This document shows, in pieces, positions 49,029 to 59,110 of a stretch of DNA of 64,000 bases. The notes beneath the pieces were generated by a model. It was not told the DNA's origin and made no database searches. It worked only from the letters and a program-made list of their open reading frames with translations. The first letter of the stretch is position 1; every line of letters starts with the position of its first letter. The stretch is from assembly GCA_045593535.1 (NCBI GenBank), contig JAZNWW010000024.1, positions 1,052-65,051 on the forward strand, read 5' to 3'. The position numbers were made by a program, and so were the translations under genes. This DNA is from Acutalibacteraceae bacterium. GTDB taxonomy: Bacteria; Bacillota; Clostridia; Oscillospirales; Acutalibacteraceae.

Positions 49029-51356
49029 TTAAACTTCGCCGGGTTTAGTGGTCATCAATTTATAGAGTTTGGTGTGTTTCGGGAATTTGTTGAAGAAAGG
49101 CACTAATGCCGATCCAACCTTCATAAGACCACGACCTGCTTCAACATTTGTGATATACGACATCTGCATATCAGAAATGTTTACAAGCTCAGCTAAGCGC
49201 AAGCGGTCAGTAGATGCCTGGTTGAGCATAATAAGGAATTCTGAGTTTGCAAGCATAGTTCTTGCAGTATGGCTCTGCAAAAGGTCATCCACGTTCTGAG
49301 TAATACCGGTACAATATGCACCATATTTACGAACACGCTTCCAAAGTGTGAAAAGGAAGTTTGCAGAGTATTCGTGCTGGAATAACAAGTAGATTTCATC
49401 GATGAAGATGAAAGTGTGTTTACCTTTTGCACGGTTAGCGGTAATTCGGTTAAGAATGTTATCAAGCACAACCAACATACCGATAGGAAGCAACTGCTTA
49501 CCCAAGTCAAGAATGTCATAACAGATCAAGCGGTTATCAACATCCACGTTAGTTTCCTTCGCAAAGGTATTGAGCGAACCATCGGTAAACAACTCAATAG
49601 CAAGAGCGATTTCCTTTGCTTCAGGTTCGCTCTGCTTAAGCAACTCCGCACGGAAGTCTTTAAGCGTAGGAACTTTGCCTGTATAACCATTCTGCTGATA
49701 CTCTCTATAAACGCTTGCAGTACAACGGTCAATAATAGACTTCTGCATCGGACCTAAGTTATTTGCACCGATAAGCTGTTCGCAAAGAGATAAAATAAAT
49801 TCAGATTTTAAGGTTACAGGGTTTGCACCATCACCATATTCGCTGTTCATATCCATAGCATTGATATGGTTATTACTTGTTGCAGAGATTTTAATCGTTG
49901 CACCGCCCATTGCTTCAACAAGACGAGAATATTCGCGTTCTGGGTCGATAACGATAATATCTGCATCTCCGGCCAACATAAGATTGACAATCTCGTTTTT
50001 ACCAGTGAAAGATTTACCCGAACCAGGCACACCCAAAATAAATGAGTTACCATTCAAAAGAAAACTGCGGTTAGCAACAATCATATTATTGCTGATACTG
50101 TTCTGTCCGTAATAGATGCCACCATCGTGCAAGATCTCCTGAACCTTGAACGGAATAAACACTGCAAGGCTTTCAGTAGTAAGCGTTCTGAGAGCATCTA
50201 TCTTTCGAGCACCAATAGGAAGAACCGTATTAAGTCCATCTGTCTGCTGAAATTTAAGAACAGCCAACTGACACAAATGCTTTCGTGCAATTGACTGTAA
50301 TTCTTCAGTATCGCTATCCAGTTGTTCTTTTGTATCAGCCATGTGAACTAAGGTAATAGTCGCAAACATCATTCGCTGGTCGCGGGTGGTAAGGTCATCA
50401 AGGAACTCTTTACTTTCTTTTCTCTGCAACTCCATATCATAAGGAACAACCGCAGAGAAATTGTTGTTGCTGTTCTGACGGCGCTGCCAATTCGTGATAT
50501 TGGTTTCAACACCGAGCAATCGATTCTCAACCTCTCTAACTGCTTCATCTGTAGGAATAGGAATTACATCGATAGAAAACATCATATTTCGATTAAGATC
50601 GGTAAGCTCTGTTACCATACTGTCTTTTATATACGATGCAAAATCTTTAAGGAAAAGGACACGTGCGTACTTGTCACCGAGCTTAATATAGTTGTCGCTT
50701 CTTTCCATAGAATCGGGACAAATATAATCCTTAAAATCGTGACCAAGTTTTGCCGATTCCTTTACATCAAAGTTAAAGTTGGTTTCTTCACCGGCTCTAT
50801 AAAAGTCGTGCAGAATACGGAGCCTTTCAGTTCCATCAATATCAGAGCAGACAGAGCCAAGTTTTGCAAAGTGAGAACTAAGCTCCGATCCAATTCGGTT
50901 AAAATAGTTGCGAGCTTCAGTAATATCCTTCTTGTGAACGGAGATGGTAATGTACTTCTCCTGAGTGATACTGTTTGCTCCAGTTGCTTTATCGAGCAAC
51001 ATATCGTTGTATTCTTTTCGGTAGATATCAAGTCCATCTTCCTTAAAAGGGATAAGAACAGAACGCTCAAAGTCTGTACGGTTACGGCAATGATTGTTAA
51101 TAGTAATCTTTGTGGTCACGCCACTATCAAGACTATTTAACAATTCGGAATATTCAAGAAACATTGCTTCTTTATCTTCACGACTTGCCACTGCATAGTT
51201 AATATCATCAAATCGAAAAGTTTTGGTGTAGCGATTGCCAACCTTGAAAATTCCGTCATCCCACATCTTTTGAATGGGGATATAATCTTGAACCGATTTG
51301 GGTGCTTTATAGCTTTCTTTATCTTGCTTGAATAAGGTTCTAAGTGATTTAATCAT
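49029..51356 (-). CDS. VirB4-family T4SS ATPase
   Basis: Walker A GVPGSGKSF, Walker B-like TFIFIDEIY, 775 aa. The start overlaps the upstream PrgI-like gene. Confidence 0.9.
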   Translation of the reverse strand: MIKSLRTLFKQDKESYKAPKSVQDYIPIQKMWDDGIFKVGNRYTKTFRFDDINYAVASREDKEAMFLEYSELLNSLDSGVTTKITINNHCRNRTDFERSVLIPFKEDGLDIYRKEYNDMLLDKATGANSITQEKYITISVHKKDITEARNYFNRIGSELSSHFAKLGSVCSDIDGTERLRILHDFYRAGEETNFNFDVKESAKLGHDFKDYICPDSMERSDNYIKLGDKYARVLFLKDFASYIKDSMVTELTDLNRNMMFSIDVIPIPTDEAVREVENRLLGVETNITNWQRRQNSNNNFSAVVPYDMELQRKESKEFLDDLTTRDQRMMFATITLVHMADTKEQLDSDTEELQSIARKHLCQLAVLKFQQTDGLNTVLPIGARKIDALRTLTTESLAVFIPFKVQEILHDGGIYYGQNSISNNMIVANRSFLLNGNSFILGVPGSGKSFTGKNEIVNLMLAGDADIIVIDPEREYSRLVEAMGGATIKISATSNNHINAMDMNSEYGDGANPVTLKSEFILSLCEQLIGANNLGPMQKSIIDRCTASVYREYQQNGYTGKVPTLKDFRAELLKQSEPEAKEIALAIELFTDGSLNTFAKETNVDVDNRLICYDILDLGKQLLPIGMLVVLDNILNRITANRAKGKHTFIFIDEIYLLFQHEYSANFLFTLWKRVRKYGAYCTGITQNVDDLLQSHTARTMLANSEFLIMLNQASTDRLRLAELVNISDMQMSYITNVEAGRGLMKVGSALVPFFNKFPKHTKLYKLMTTKPGEV

Positions 51357-51714
51357 ACCTAACGAAAACCTCCTTTTCTTTCTTTTCTATATTTTCTTTA
51401 AGTGCTTTATAATAAGTTGGCTCGCTTCTGAAAACAACCTGTTTAGGTTCAATAATTTCACTTTTAAGCCAAGCCCAAATAAACTTTTCGGCAGTCATCC
51501 CGTTGTAGGTTATAAAGCCGAGTGCTGCAAAGGGTGCGGCACCCAACATACAAACCCAAGACACCGTTTCTGTTCCTGCATAAGGACTCACAAGGAAATA
51601 CAGTAATACTGCAACTGCGCATCCTAATACAGAGAAAAGGAACTGTCTAAGGGATAAGCCAAAAAACATTGATTCTGTATAGTTTCGTATTTCTCTGTTA
51701 ATCTTTACTTCCAA
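51349..51714 (-). CDS. PrgI/TcpE-like small T4SS membrane protein
   Basis: 121 aa, two TM helices, immediately upstream of VirB4. TTG start 9 nt after AGGAGG. Confidence 0.5.
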   Translation of the reverse strand: MEVKINREIRNYTESMFFGLSLRQFLFSVLGCAVAVLLYFLVSPYAGTETVSWVCMLGAAPFAALGFITYNGMTAEKFIWAWLKSEIIEPKQVVFRSEPTYYKALKENIEKKEKEVFVRYD

Positions 51715-51743
51715 AGAAATTTACCTCCTTTGATCTTTTTAAA

Positions 51744-51776
51744 TATAAAAAAATCGCTCTCCATTAAAAAGCGATT
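51744..51776 (-). terminator. Weak intrinsic terminator inside the T4SS cluster
   Basis: A 7-bp stem AATCGCT/AGCGATT with an 11-nt loop, followed on the minus strand by UUUUUUUA. Confidence 0.4.
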
Positions 51777-51852
51777 CTCAAATATAATATTAAATTGTCT
51801 TAACTTTTTATTTAAAACTTAGGGAGATTTTTACCGAAGTTTTAAATAGGTA

Positions 51853-52689
51853 TTATAATCCCATCATTTCTCTGACAATACGGTCTGCCATTTTAATAGA
51901 GCCAACAAGCACTAACATATTGAATATCAATTCACCAACATATCTCCACACCTGCGTTATTGCTGCCACACTTGTATCTACAACAGGCGGACTTGAAGCA
52001 AAGACGGAGAATATGATACAAGCAAGTACAATGATTGCACCTTCCAGCAATACGGCGCAAAAACTCTTTAAGAATTGCTTACCGACACTTTGTGTGGGTT
52101 CACCTGCAAAAGTCGATAACGGAATTGGTGCAATAGCTGCGTACATATATATCTTAAAGAATCTTCCGTAAACCGAAAGAATCATAATAAACGAAAGGAT
52201 TATAACAAATAATCCACCAATCAAAGTTACAGCCCATAGCGGTATTGATTCAAAGAAACCACAATTTTCAACAGACGTTATAATACTTGATGGTAAACTC
52301 GAACTATGGGACAGCGTAACTCCGGACGCAGCAAGAATTTTAGAAATAATGCCTTGCACTATTTCAACGAGTTTTATCATAAGCTCTAAGCCGTGCGTAA
52401 TTACTATTTTTGCAATTGCAAATCGAATAAATAGTTTTAATGCATGCTCCGGTTTCTTAACTTCTGTAAAACTGCCGCAAGTCTTAACAACGCCTATAAC
52501 GAAAAAAAGAACAAGCAAGGCATAACCGACAGCCTGTAATGCTCCGTGAATACTTGTGATAACATTCCAAATAGCGCCACCTTTAAAAGCTTCCGGCGAT
52601 TGAGTAACCAATGTTACAATTTCGGCAAACCTTTTATTCCAAATATCAATGGAATCGGATAAATTTTGTACTACCCAGTTATCTGACAA
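51853..52689 (-). CDS. VirB6/TrbL-like polytopic T4SS membrane protein
   Basis: 278 aa with about 6 TM helices, in the position typical of CD0415/CD1112-type proteins. TTG start 7 nt after GGAGGA. Confidence 0.55.
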   Translation of the reverse strand: MSDNWVVQNLSDSIDIWNKRFAEIVTLVTQSPEAFKGGAIWNVITSIHGALQAVGYALLVLFFVIGVVKTCGSFTEVKKPEHALKLFIRFAIAKIVITHGLELMIKLVEIVQGIISKILAASGVTLSHSSSLPSSIITSVENCGFFESIPLWAVTLIGGLFVIILSFIMILSVYGRFFKIYMYAAIAPIPLSTFAGEPTQSVGKQFLKSFCAVLLEGAIIVLACIIFSVFASSPPVVDTSVAAITQVWRYVGELIFNMLVLVGSIKMADRIVREMMGL

Positions 52690-52715
52690 TACTTTTTCCT
52701 CCTCTCAATAAATTT

Positions 52716-52745
52716 AAATGTGCCGGTACAAAAACCGACACATTT
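52716..52745 (-). terminator. Hairpin between the Maff2-like and TrbL-like genes
   Basis: An 11-bp stem (one G-U pair) AAATGTGCCGG/CCGACACATTT. The U-tract is poor. Confidence 0.35.
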
Positions 52746-52759
52746 AGCTTCATAATTCG

Positions 52760-53107
52760 TTAACCAGTAATGAGGTTGAGGATTTCTTTAGCAAATGTGA
52801 TAATTATACCTCCGGCCAAAGTCAAGAAGCCATTAGCTCTCTGTGAAGGGTCGTGAGACTTAAGGGACAAGCCGATCTGCACAACACCGAAACCAAGCAG
52901 AATCATACCGATGGCACGAATAAGGCCAAAGATAAAATCGCTCAAGTTATTTACAACAGTCAACGGATCATCGCTGGCTGCAAACGCCGTTAGAGATGTG
53001 CAACAAACGAGTAGAATAATCATCACAATACTGCAGTAGAAAATAAAGCCTCTTTTTACATTTCCCTGCATAGGCAATTTTTTAGTGGTTTTCTTGATTT
53101 TTTTCAT
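52760..53107 (-). CDS. Maff2-like small membrane protein
   Basis: Signal/TM segment plus a second hydrophobic hairpin with GVVQIGLSLKSHDPSQRANG. The start is moved to the ATG at 53107, 10 nt after GGAGG. Confidence 0.45.
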   Translation of the reverse strand: MKKIKKTTKKLPMQGNVKRGFIFYCSIVMIILLVCCTSLTAFAASDDPLTVVNNLSDFIFGLIRAIGMILLGFGVVQIGLSLKSHDPSQRANGFLTLAGGIIITFAKEILNLITG

Positions 53108-54914
53108 TTTCATTACCTCCAATTTTACTCATAATTTCTTCAATTTCATCATCTGTCAATAACACATAGTCAAGCTCACCAGTTTCGATTTTTACATCAG
53201 CCTTAAATTCTTTTTCATTGAACTTAATTGTCGCCGTACTATACTTATCAAGTCCGTGTTCATACCCCGGAGCACCGCCATCTTTTGAAAGCTTGACATT
53301 CGGGTGTTTAAGAATATCGAATTTGAAATCTTTTACTGGTCGTTCACCGCGAATAAAGAGAATTGCATATTGGTTATCAAGCAAGCGGACCTCATCGGGT
53401 GTCATTAACTCACGACCTGTAATCTGCCAGTTGGTTGAATAGTTACCACTTTGTCCGTGCGACTGTCCGTATGTGTTAGTGTCGATAGTTTCTTTACCTA
53501 GCAACTTTGAAACATATTCGTGCGTGGATTGTTCGTTACCACCAAGATAAAGAAACTCATCGCAGTTGCCGACTATACTTTCCCATTGTTTTTCAAACAA
53601 AGCTTTAAGCTGTGCCAAGTTCTGAATAATGATAGAAACTGAAATTTCACGGGAACGCATTGTAGCCAATAACTTTTCAAATTCATCGGGCAAAGCAACG
53701 TTTGCGAACTCGTCCATTACAAAGTGAACCGGAACTTTCAATCTGCCTCCGCAAACAACGTCGGCCTGATAGTACAACTGTTGGAATAACTGTGTGTAAA
53801 GCATACCTACAATAAAGTTGAATGAACTATCGTTATCGGGAATAATAGCGAACAATGCTGTTTTTTCTTCGCCCAATTTCCCTAATTCAAGTTCATCCGT
53901 TTGGGTAATGCTTGCCAAACTGTCAAGGTTGAATTTCTCAAGTCGTGATACCAATGTAATCTGAATAGATTTCAAGGTTTTACCTGAACCCGATCTATAG
54001 TTACGATAATACTTCAAAGCGATGTGTTCAGGATTCTTGCGCTCAAGTCGATTAAACAATTCATCAAGTGGCGAATTGAACCTATCATCATCTTCACGAA
54101 CTTCACCGGCACGAATCATTTCCATTACCATTGGGAAATTTTGCTCATCTTCAGGAGCTTCATAATGCAAATAGAACACTAATGCCAGCAACAGCATCAT
54201 AGCAGCCTGATCCCAAAACGGGTCTTGCGACTGACTGCCTTTTGGCGTAGTGTTCTTAAACAAGTTTGTGACAAGCCTTTGGATATCGTTATCATTTCTT
54301 AAGTATGCAAAAGGGTTATAACAGTGACTCTTTTCCATATTGATAAGGTCAAGAACTTTAATCTTGTAGCCTTTTTGTTCTAGAAGATAACCGGTATCTC
54401 TTAAAATTTCGCCTTTACAGTCGAGAGTGATAAAACTGGTGTTGGCGTTCATAATATTCGGCTTTGCATAGAATCTTGTTTTGCCTGAACCCGAGCCACC
54501 ACAAACTAAAACATTTAAGTTTCTGCGGTGTTTTCGTCCATCCAAACCGATGCGGGTGTTTTTGGTGAGTATTTTGTTTTGTTCCTTATCCTTATCGCTA
54601 TATTTTTTATTAATGGTTGCAGCATCGCCCCATTTTGCCGAACCATGTTCTTCACGTCGTCGGTAATTTCGGGCAGTAGAGATATAAATGCCGATTCCCA
54701 ATATATAAGCGAATATAAAAATGAGGACAGTTTTTAAACTGCCCTCACAAAAGTTTATAGAGAATGGATTGTTAAATACATTGCCGAGATTTTTTATAAG
54801 TTCTATAATCCCACCGTTAGTGATAGCTGGAGCTACAAGCAGCCCCAACCATACTACGGGGATTATACCTAGTGAATAAAGAATAAGGTTTGTTCGAGAG
54901 AGCTTACCTTGCAT
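53082..54914 (-). CDS. Type IV coupling protein (VirD4/TraG family)
   Basis: N-terminal TM helices, Walker A VCGGSGSGKT, Walker B HFVMDEFAN. Confidence 0.9.
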   Translation of the reverse strand: MQGKLSRTNLILYSLGIIPVVWLGLLVAPAITNGGIIELIKNLGNVFNNPFSINFCEGSLKTVLIFIFAYILGIGIYISTARNYRRREEHGSAKWGDAATINKKYSDKDKEQNKILTKNTRIGLDGRKHRRNLNVLVCGGSGSGKTRFYAKPNIMNANTSFITLDCKGEILRDTGYLLEQKGYKIKVLDLINMEKSHCYNPFAYLRNDNDIQRLVTNLFKNTTPKGSQSQDPFWDQAAMMLLLALVFYLHYEAPEDEQNFPMVMEMIRAGEVREDDDRFNSPLDELFNRLERKNPEHIALKYYRNYRSGSGKTLKSIQITLVSRLEKFNLDSLASITQTDELELGKLGEEKTALFAIIPDNDSSFNFIVGMLYTQLFQQLYYQADVVCGGRLKVPVHFVMDEFANVALPDEFEKLLATMRSREISVSIIIQNLAQLKALFEKQWESIVGNCDEFLYLGGNEQSTHEYVSKLLGKETIDTNTYGQSHGQSGNYSTNWQITGRELMTPDEVRLLDNQYAILFIRGERPVKDFKFDILKHPNVKLSKDGGAPGYEHGLDKYSTATIKFNEKEFKADVKIETGELDYVLLTDDEIEEIMSKIGGNENEKNQENH

Positions 54915-55095
54915 CGTAGGCTTGCTTTCTCTTTTCTTTTTTAGTTGGGGCTTTGATGACTTTTAGTAATAGCTCATCGATATCTTCGGTCGGCTTATCT
55001 CCTTGTATAAGGTCATTTCGAAAATCGTTAAGACCTTTTACCATTAGGCGGTGTTCAAAGTCATCAATAGAAATTACTCTTTTTTCTTCCGCCAA
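54904..55095 (-). CDS. 63-aa conserved-looking small protein upstream of the T4CP
   Basis: TTG start 7 nt after AAGGAGG. Its end overlaps the T4CP start. Confidence 0.45.
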   Translation of the reverse strand: MAEEKRVISIDDFEHRLMVKGLNDFRNDLIQGDKPTEDIDELLLKVIKAPTKKEKRKQAYDAR

Positions 55096-55107
55096 GGTGA
55101 TACCTCC

Positions 55108-56004
55108 TTATCGGGCACCGTTATCTCTGTTCTTATTTTGGTTTCTTAAATCCTTGCGGATTTCCTCAGAAATACGGCTCATCGAATCACGCATATCACC
55201 AAGAGCAGAACGAACTTCTTTGTTTTCTTTGCCCTCAAACATTTCAGGTGCCTTATCAAAATTGAAAGGCTTGGTGTCAACACCATAACGATTACAAATC
55301 ATATATGCGGTGCAGTAACAACCGAACTCATTTTCTGCTCTCACATAAGTTTCCTTGGTATTCATATCAAGGTCAGCGTGTGCAATCTCTTGGGCAAGAG
55401 CACGGAAAATATCTTCGCCCTCCATGCCTTGACGGACAAAGATTTTCTTTGCCTTGCTGCTATACTTGGCATCAGTTCCTTCCATAAGTTTATCGCCGAT
55501 TTCAACGGGCACAGGCGAACTTTTTACAAGAGCCTTCAAGAGCTTGCGAGTGTCAGAGGTCTTATAATCTTTCATCTCGGCTCCGGTCTGCGAAATGTCA
55601 AACACCTTTTTAACGTTCATAGAGATAGCTGGTGTGCCATCCTCACGAGTGTACTCGTTGCCGGGTTCAAGAATACTGATAGCTTCAGAACCTTTCTTTA
55701 CATACTCGCCCTGTTCAGCCCAATACTCATAGTCGCCAAGACGTTTAGCTTCTGGCATTTGTGCAGTAATAAGCATTACATTACCTACTGAAAAACGATC
55801 AAAACGACTCTGAATATCAAGGTACTGCTTAAATGCTTCCGGCTCGCTCGCAACCTTTTCGGTCATATCATTCATCATCGTATAGGTTTGCTCTCGTTCC
55901 ATTTGCTTTTTGGCAACCCAATCCTCCTTATTAAATTCTTGGGGTGCGTTTTCTACCTGGTTTTCATTTTGGGGATTTGTGAAAATATCATCATAATTAC
56001 TCAT
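55108..56004 (-). CDS. Unknown ICE protein, possibly ArdC-like (ssDNA-binding N-domain plus a degenerate zincin motif)
   Basis: RLGDYEYWAEQGEYVKKGSEAISIL resembles the ArdC N-domain. The C-terminal half has QEIAH where HEXXH would be expected. Weak call. Confidence 0.3.
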   Translation of the reverse strand: MSNYDDIFTNPQNENQVENAPQEFNKEDWVAKKQMEREQTYTMMNDMTEKVASEPEAFKQYLDIQSRFDRFSVGNVMLITAQMPEAKRLGDYEYWAEQGEYVKKGSEAISILEPGNEYTREDGTPAISMNVKKVFDISQTGAEMKDYKTSDTRKLLKALVKSSPVPVEIGDKLMEGTDAKYSSKAKKIFVRQGMEGEDIFRALAQEIAHADLDMNTKETYVRAENEFGCYCTAYMICNRYGVDTKPFNFDKAPEMFEGKENKEVRSALGDMRDSMSRISEEIRKDLRNQNKNRDNGAR

Positions 56005-56777
56005 CGTGATTTCTCCTTTTTCTTTTTATTTTTCTTTGGTGCCTTGTGAACATTCTCTTTTGTTTTTTGAGTTTTGTTCTCACGGCGTTTATCTTGCTCT
56101 TTACGAATGTCATTCAGTTCTTTTCTAACTGATGGTTTGCGGCTCTTATCAAGGGACGAATTTTTTTGAGGTTGGGACTCGTTGCTCTTTGAGTAAGGCT
56201 CGGACTGATTTGAGCCTTTTTCCGTCCGAGCCGTCGAGGGGTTTACATTTTGCACTTCTTCTTTTGTAGGGTTCGGCTTCTTTAAGATTTCATCCACCAA
56301 CTTTTCCTCCTTAGATTTTTCCTTGCCTAGACGTTCAGGAGCAGGTTGGGCGGTGTTTTCTTTATTGCGACTTTTTTCAATGGTTTCTTCAACCGTCGCA
56401 ATATCCACCGTTGCAATACCAAGACGCTCATAAATGTGGGCAACTTTTGCAGAATCTTCGGCTCTAACCATAATCTCCGTCTTGCCATCGTTTGCATTTT
56501 TGTCTTTCAGCACAGTGTAAAGAACACCATATTTTTTAGCCGACGTACAGAACTTAGCAAGGTCCTTATCTTTCACTTCAAAGATTTTTAACTCTTTTCC
56601 GCTTTTAAGCATTTTGGAAAGACGTGCCTTACCTTTTGTTTGCCCTTGATTCTGCATAATGTGAAAAATAAGTTTAGTTAGTTTCTCGGCACCTTTACCG
56701 GTAATTTTTGCCGCAACCTCAACTCCGTTCAGGAAGATCCTGACAATTTGATCTGCTGCTTCTGCTGATGCGTTCAT
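56001..56777 (-). CDS. PcfB/DUF3801-like protein with a Lys-rich tail
   Basis: GKARLSKMLKSGKELKIFEV...KKYGVLYTVLKDK pattern. AAAGGAG sits 9 nt upstream. The start lies 59 nt inside the relaxase 3' end. Confidence 0.55.
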   Translation of the reverse strand: MNASAEAADQIVRIFLNGVEVAAKITGKGAEKLTKLIFHIMQNQGQTKGKARLSKMLKSGKELKIFEVKDKDLAKFCTSAKKYGVLYTVLKDKNANDGKTEIMVRAEDSAKVAHIYERLGIATVDIATVEETIEKSRNKENTAQPAPERLGKEKSKEEKLVDEILKKPNPTKEEVQNVNPSTARTEKGSNQSEPYSKSNESQPQKNSSLDKSRKPSVRKELNDIRKEQDKRRENKTQKTKENVHKAPKKNKKKKEKSR

Positions 56778-58146
56778 CTGCGGATTTCTCCTTTCTTAAT
56801 ATATTTTCTAATTCCGTAAGTTTCTCACGAGGAACTCCGGAACGTTCAAAGATTTCGTCGCAAGCCTTAACTTGTTCTCGAAGTGGCTTGAGTTTATCGG
56901 TGCAATCTTTAATTTTTTCTTTTACAGCGTTTATGCTGCTTTCATCACCGGTTCTCTCAGCACGCTTGAGTTCGTTTTTTAGTTCACGACGTTCATCTTC
57001 GATTGCTGACATTTGCTCTGTTAAGCTGCCTTTAAAAGCAGCAAGTTGCTCTGCGGTGTCAATGTTATGACGGCAAAGCAACTCACTTTGAAATATATAT
57101 CTGTCAAGTTTTGCGATCTCCGTTCTTAGCAACCAATGCATACGCTTATTGCTTGACGGACGCTCTTTAGTAACTTTAAGTCCATACACATAAGTTTGAT
57201 AGAGTGGTCTGAATCCAATAATTGTAAAGGAACCCGGAATATCCGTGTACTTGTAGAGAACATTTTCCATAGGTTCTTGTTCTTCAAAAGTAGGAAACTC
57301 TCGTTCGGTATTGCTGTAAAGTCGCCTTTGAATATCCTCAACTGTATACCCCGCACCCAAACCTTGGAAACGGAAAAAACGTTCGTGGTCTGGAGGCTTA
57401 ATCTTGGTATACTTGCCCGAGTTATCTATCACGTATCCCATTTCTTGCATTGCTTCAAAAAACTCACGGACAGTTAAACAACCTTTTATGGCAATATCAA
57501 TATCTTCACGAATACCACCTCGAACTGTGGGTCTGCCTTCTTTCAAAGCTCGCCATTCGCCATAGTTCATACCACGTGACTGCTGTGGGTTATGAATTAT
57601 AGATAACCCGTGTTCTAAACAAATTCTATCGGAAGCTTCACGAAATTTTTGGTAATCCTTTTTTGTGCGGCGGTATTTTATGCCCGTGTAAATTGAAACG
57701 GTATTAACAACAAAATGATTATGAATATGGTTTTTCTTATCTAAATGAGTAGCAACGATAACTTGAAAATCATTTTCTCCCCATATTTCATCAGCTAACT
57801 GCTTTCCAATATCGTGAGCTTTAGTGGGAGTAACTTCACCCGGAGAAAAACTTTGATATCCGTGATATGCGATTACTCCACCTAATTTACCAAATCTTTC
57901 TTTTACATCTAACATTTCATCTTTGGCTGTTTCAAGCTCACAGTTAAATGCTGTTATAAATTGTTTTCGTCCTGTTGCGCTATCACGACCAATATAACTA
58001 ATAACTGAATCTAAAACATCGTTCGGTGTTTTACTTCCATCGGCATCAGAAATAGGTTCACCAGAAAGTGTTTTGTCTTCATTTTCAACATAAAGTATGA
58101 GTTTATTAAGATCCCCTTTTATTCGCCATAAGGAAGTTACCGCCAT
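56719..58146 (-). CDS. Relaxase (MobA/VirD2 relaxase-mobilisation nuclease family)
   Basis: His-triad block ATHLDKKNHIHNHFVVN and a coiled-coil C-terminus. Confidence 0.85.
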   Translation of the reverse strand: MAVTSLWRIKGDLNKLILYVENEDKTLSGEPISDADGSKTPNDVLDSVISYIGRDSATGRKQFITAFNCELETAKDEMLDVKERFGKLGGVIAYHGYQSFSPGEVTPTKAHDIGKQLADEIWGENDFQVIVATHLDKKNHIHNHFVVNTVSIYTGIKYRRTKKDYQKFREASDRICLEHGLSIIHNPQQSRGMNYGEWRALKEGRPTVRGGIREDIDIAIKGCLTVREFFEAMQEMGYVIDNSGKYTKIKPPDHERFFRFQGLGAGYTVEDIQRRLYSNTEREFPTFEEQEPMENVLYKYTDIPGSFTIIGFRPLYQTYVYGLKVTKERPSSNKRMHWLLRTEIAKLDRYIFQSELLCRHNIDTAEQLAAFKGSLTEQMSAIEDERRELKNELKRAERTGDESSINAVKEKIKDCTDKLKPLREQVKACDEIFERSGVPREKLTELENILRKEKSADERISRSSRSNCQDLPERS

Positions 58147-58457
58147 TGGTAATCACCCATAATGAGTTTAGATATTGCCTTATGAACCATATCAAAATTC
58201 TTCTTATATTGGAGAGCATCTACCATATTGGTTTCGTTGGCTCTCATCGCTATTTGATTCATATTTCTTCCAACAAACCTAAGTTCTCTGATTACATCCA
58301 TAAGTTCAACGGAAGGTCGTTCAATAGGAACTACACCTCTTAACACATTACGGATATAACCTTCCCGACACATTCCGGTACATTTAACTTTTTTATTAAG
58401 AGATTTCAGTTCTTCATCATTAAGCCAGACCTGTATGCGGTTAGTTCGTTTCGCCAC
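58137..58457 (-). CDS. mobC: MobC-type relaxosome accessory protein (RHH)
   Basis: 106 aa with an RHH-like N-terminus and GRNMNQIA, typical of MobC. It overlaps the relaxase start. Confidence 0.7.
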   Translation of the reverse strand: MAKRTNRIQVWLNDEELKSLNKKVKCTGMCREGYIRNVLRGVVPIERPSVELMDVIRELRFVGRNMNQIAMRANETNMVDALQYKKNFDMVHKAISKLIMGDYQWR

Positions 58458-58486
58458 ATCACCACATCCTTTCTTGTTTTTTTACG

Positions 58487-58517
58487 CAAAAAAGCCGATG
58501 AGAATTTCTCACCGGCT
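58487..58517 (-). terminator. Canonical intrinsic terminator immediately upstream of mobC
   Basis: The minus-strand RNA reads AGCCGGUGAGA-AAU-UCUCAUCGGCU followed by UUUUUGCG. The stem includes the stop codon of the 177-aa gene. Confidence 0.7.
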
Positions 58518-59042
58518 AAAATGCGTTTTATGATTTTTATTTGGTTTTGGAGTAGAGTAGTCATAATAATCGAGCGCAGCTTTTAACAAAGTTTCAAACT
58601 GCTCACAATATCTAGATGGTATTGTAATCCCCCTGAGACTTTCTCCGTTCGAATAATAATATTTATTAAGTGCTTCGGTAATGCCTTGCAAATCTAAAAC
58701 ATATTCATACATTATACTATCTATTATTGTCTTTTCAAAAATTGTGTATTGCAATCCGTTTAGTTCTTCTATGCAGGACTGGCTTATTTGATTTCCAAGA
58801 ATAACAACACCATTAAATCTTGAAAGAGATTCATCACCATAAACCCATATAATGAACTCTTCGTTGCGACCGCAAAAATTGCCTTGACACATTAGTGCCT
58901 GGTCTAAAGCAAATATTATTGGTTCTCCTACGCTTTCCTTGACTGCCTTAAGCCAAGATATACAACCTACATAATCACTTCTTTTTGGAAGGTCAATTTT
59001 TTGCGGATCATACATTGGCAAACTGATTATCTTTTTATTCAA
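58509..59042 (-). CDS. 177-aa protein of unknown function
   Basis: Has its own promoter, SD (GAGGTG) and terminator. I recognise no motif. Confidence 0.55.
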   Translation of the reverse strand: MNKKIISLPMYDPQKIDLPKRSDYVGCISWLKAVKESVGEPIIFALDQALMCQGNFCGRNEEFIIWVYGDESLSRFNGVVILGNQISQSCIEELNGLQYTIFEKTIIDSIMYEYVLDLQGITEALNKYYYSNGESLRGITIPSRYCEQFETLLKAALDYYDYSTPKPNKNHKTHFSR

Positions 59043-59061
59043 TTACACTCACCTCATTTGT

Positions 59062-59090
59062 ATAATACACTTTTGTTTGAAAGATATCAA
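59062..59090 (-). promoter_or_regulatory. Promoter for the 177-aa gene
   Basis: On the minus strand: TTGATA (59085-59090), 17-nt spacer, TATTAT (59062-59067). Confidence 0.5.
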
Positions 59091-59110
59091 GGTTGTGATT
59101 TTACAGGGTA

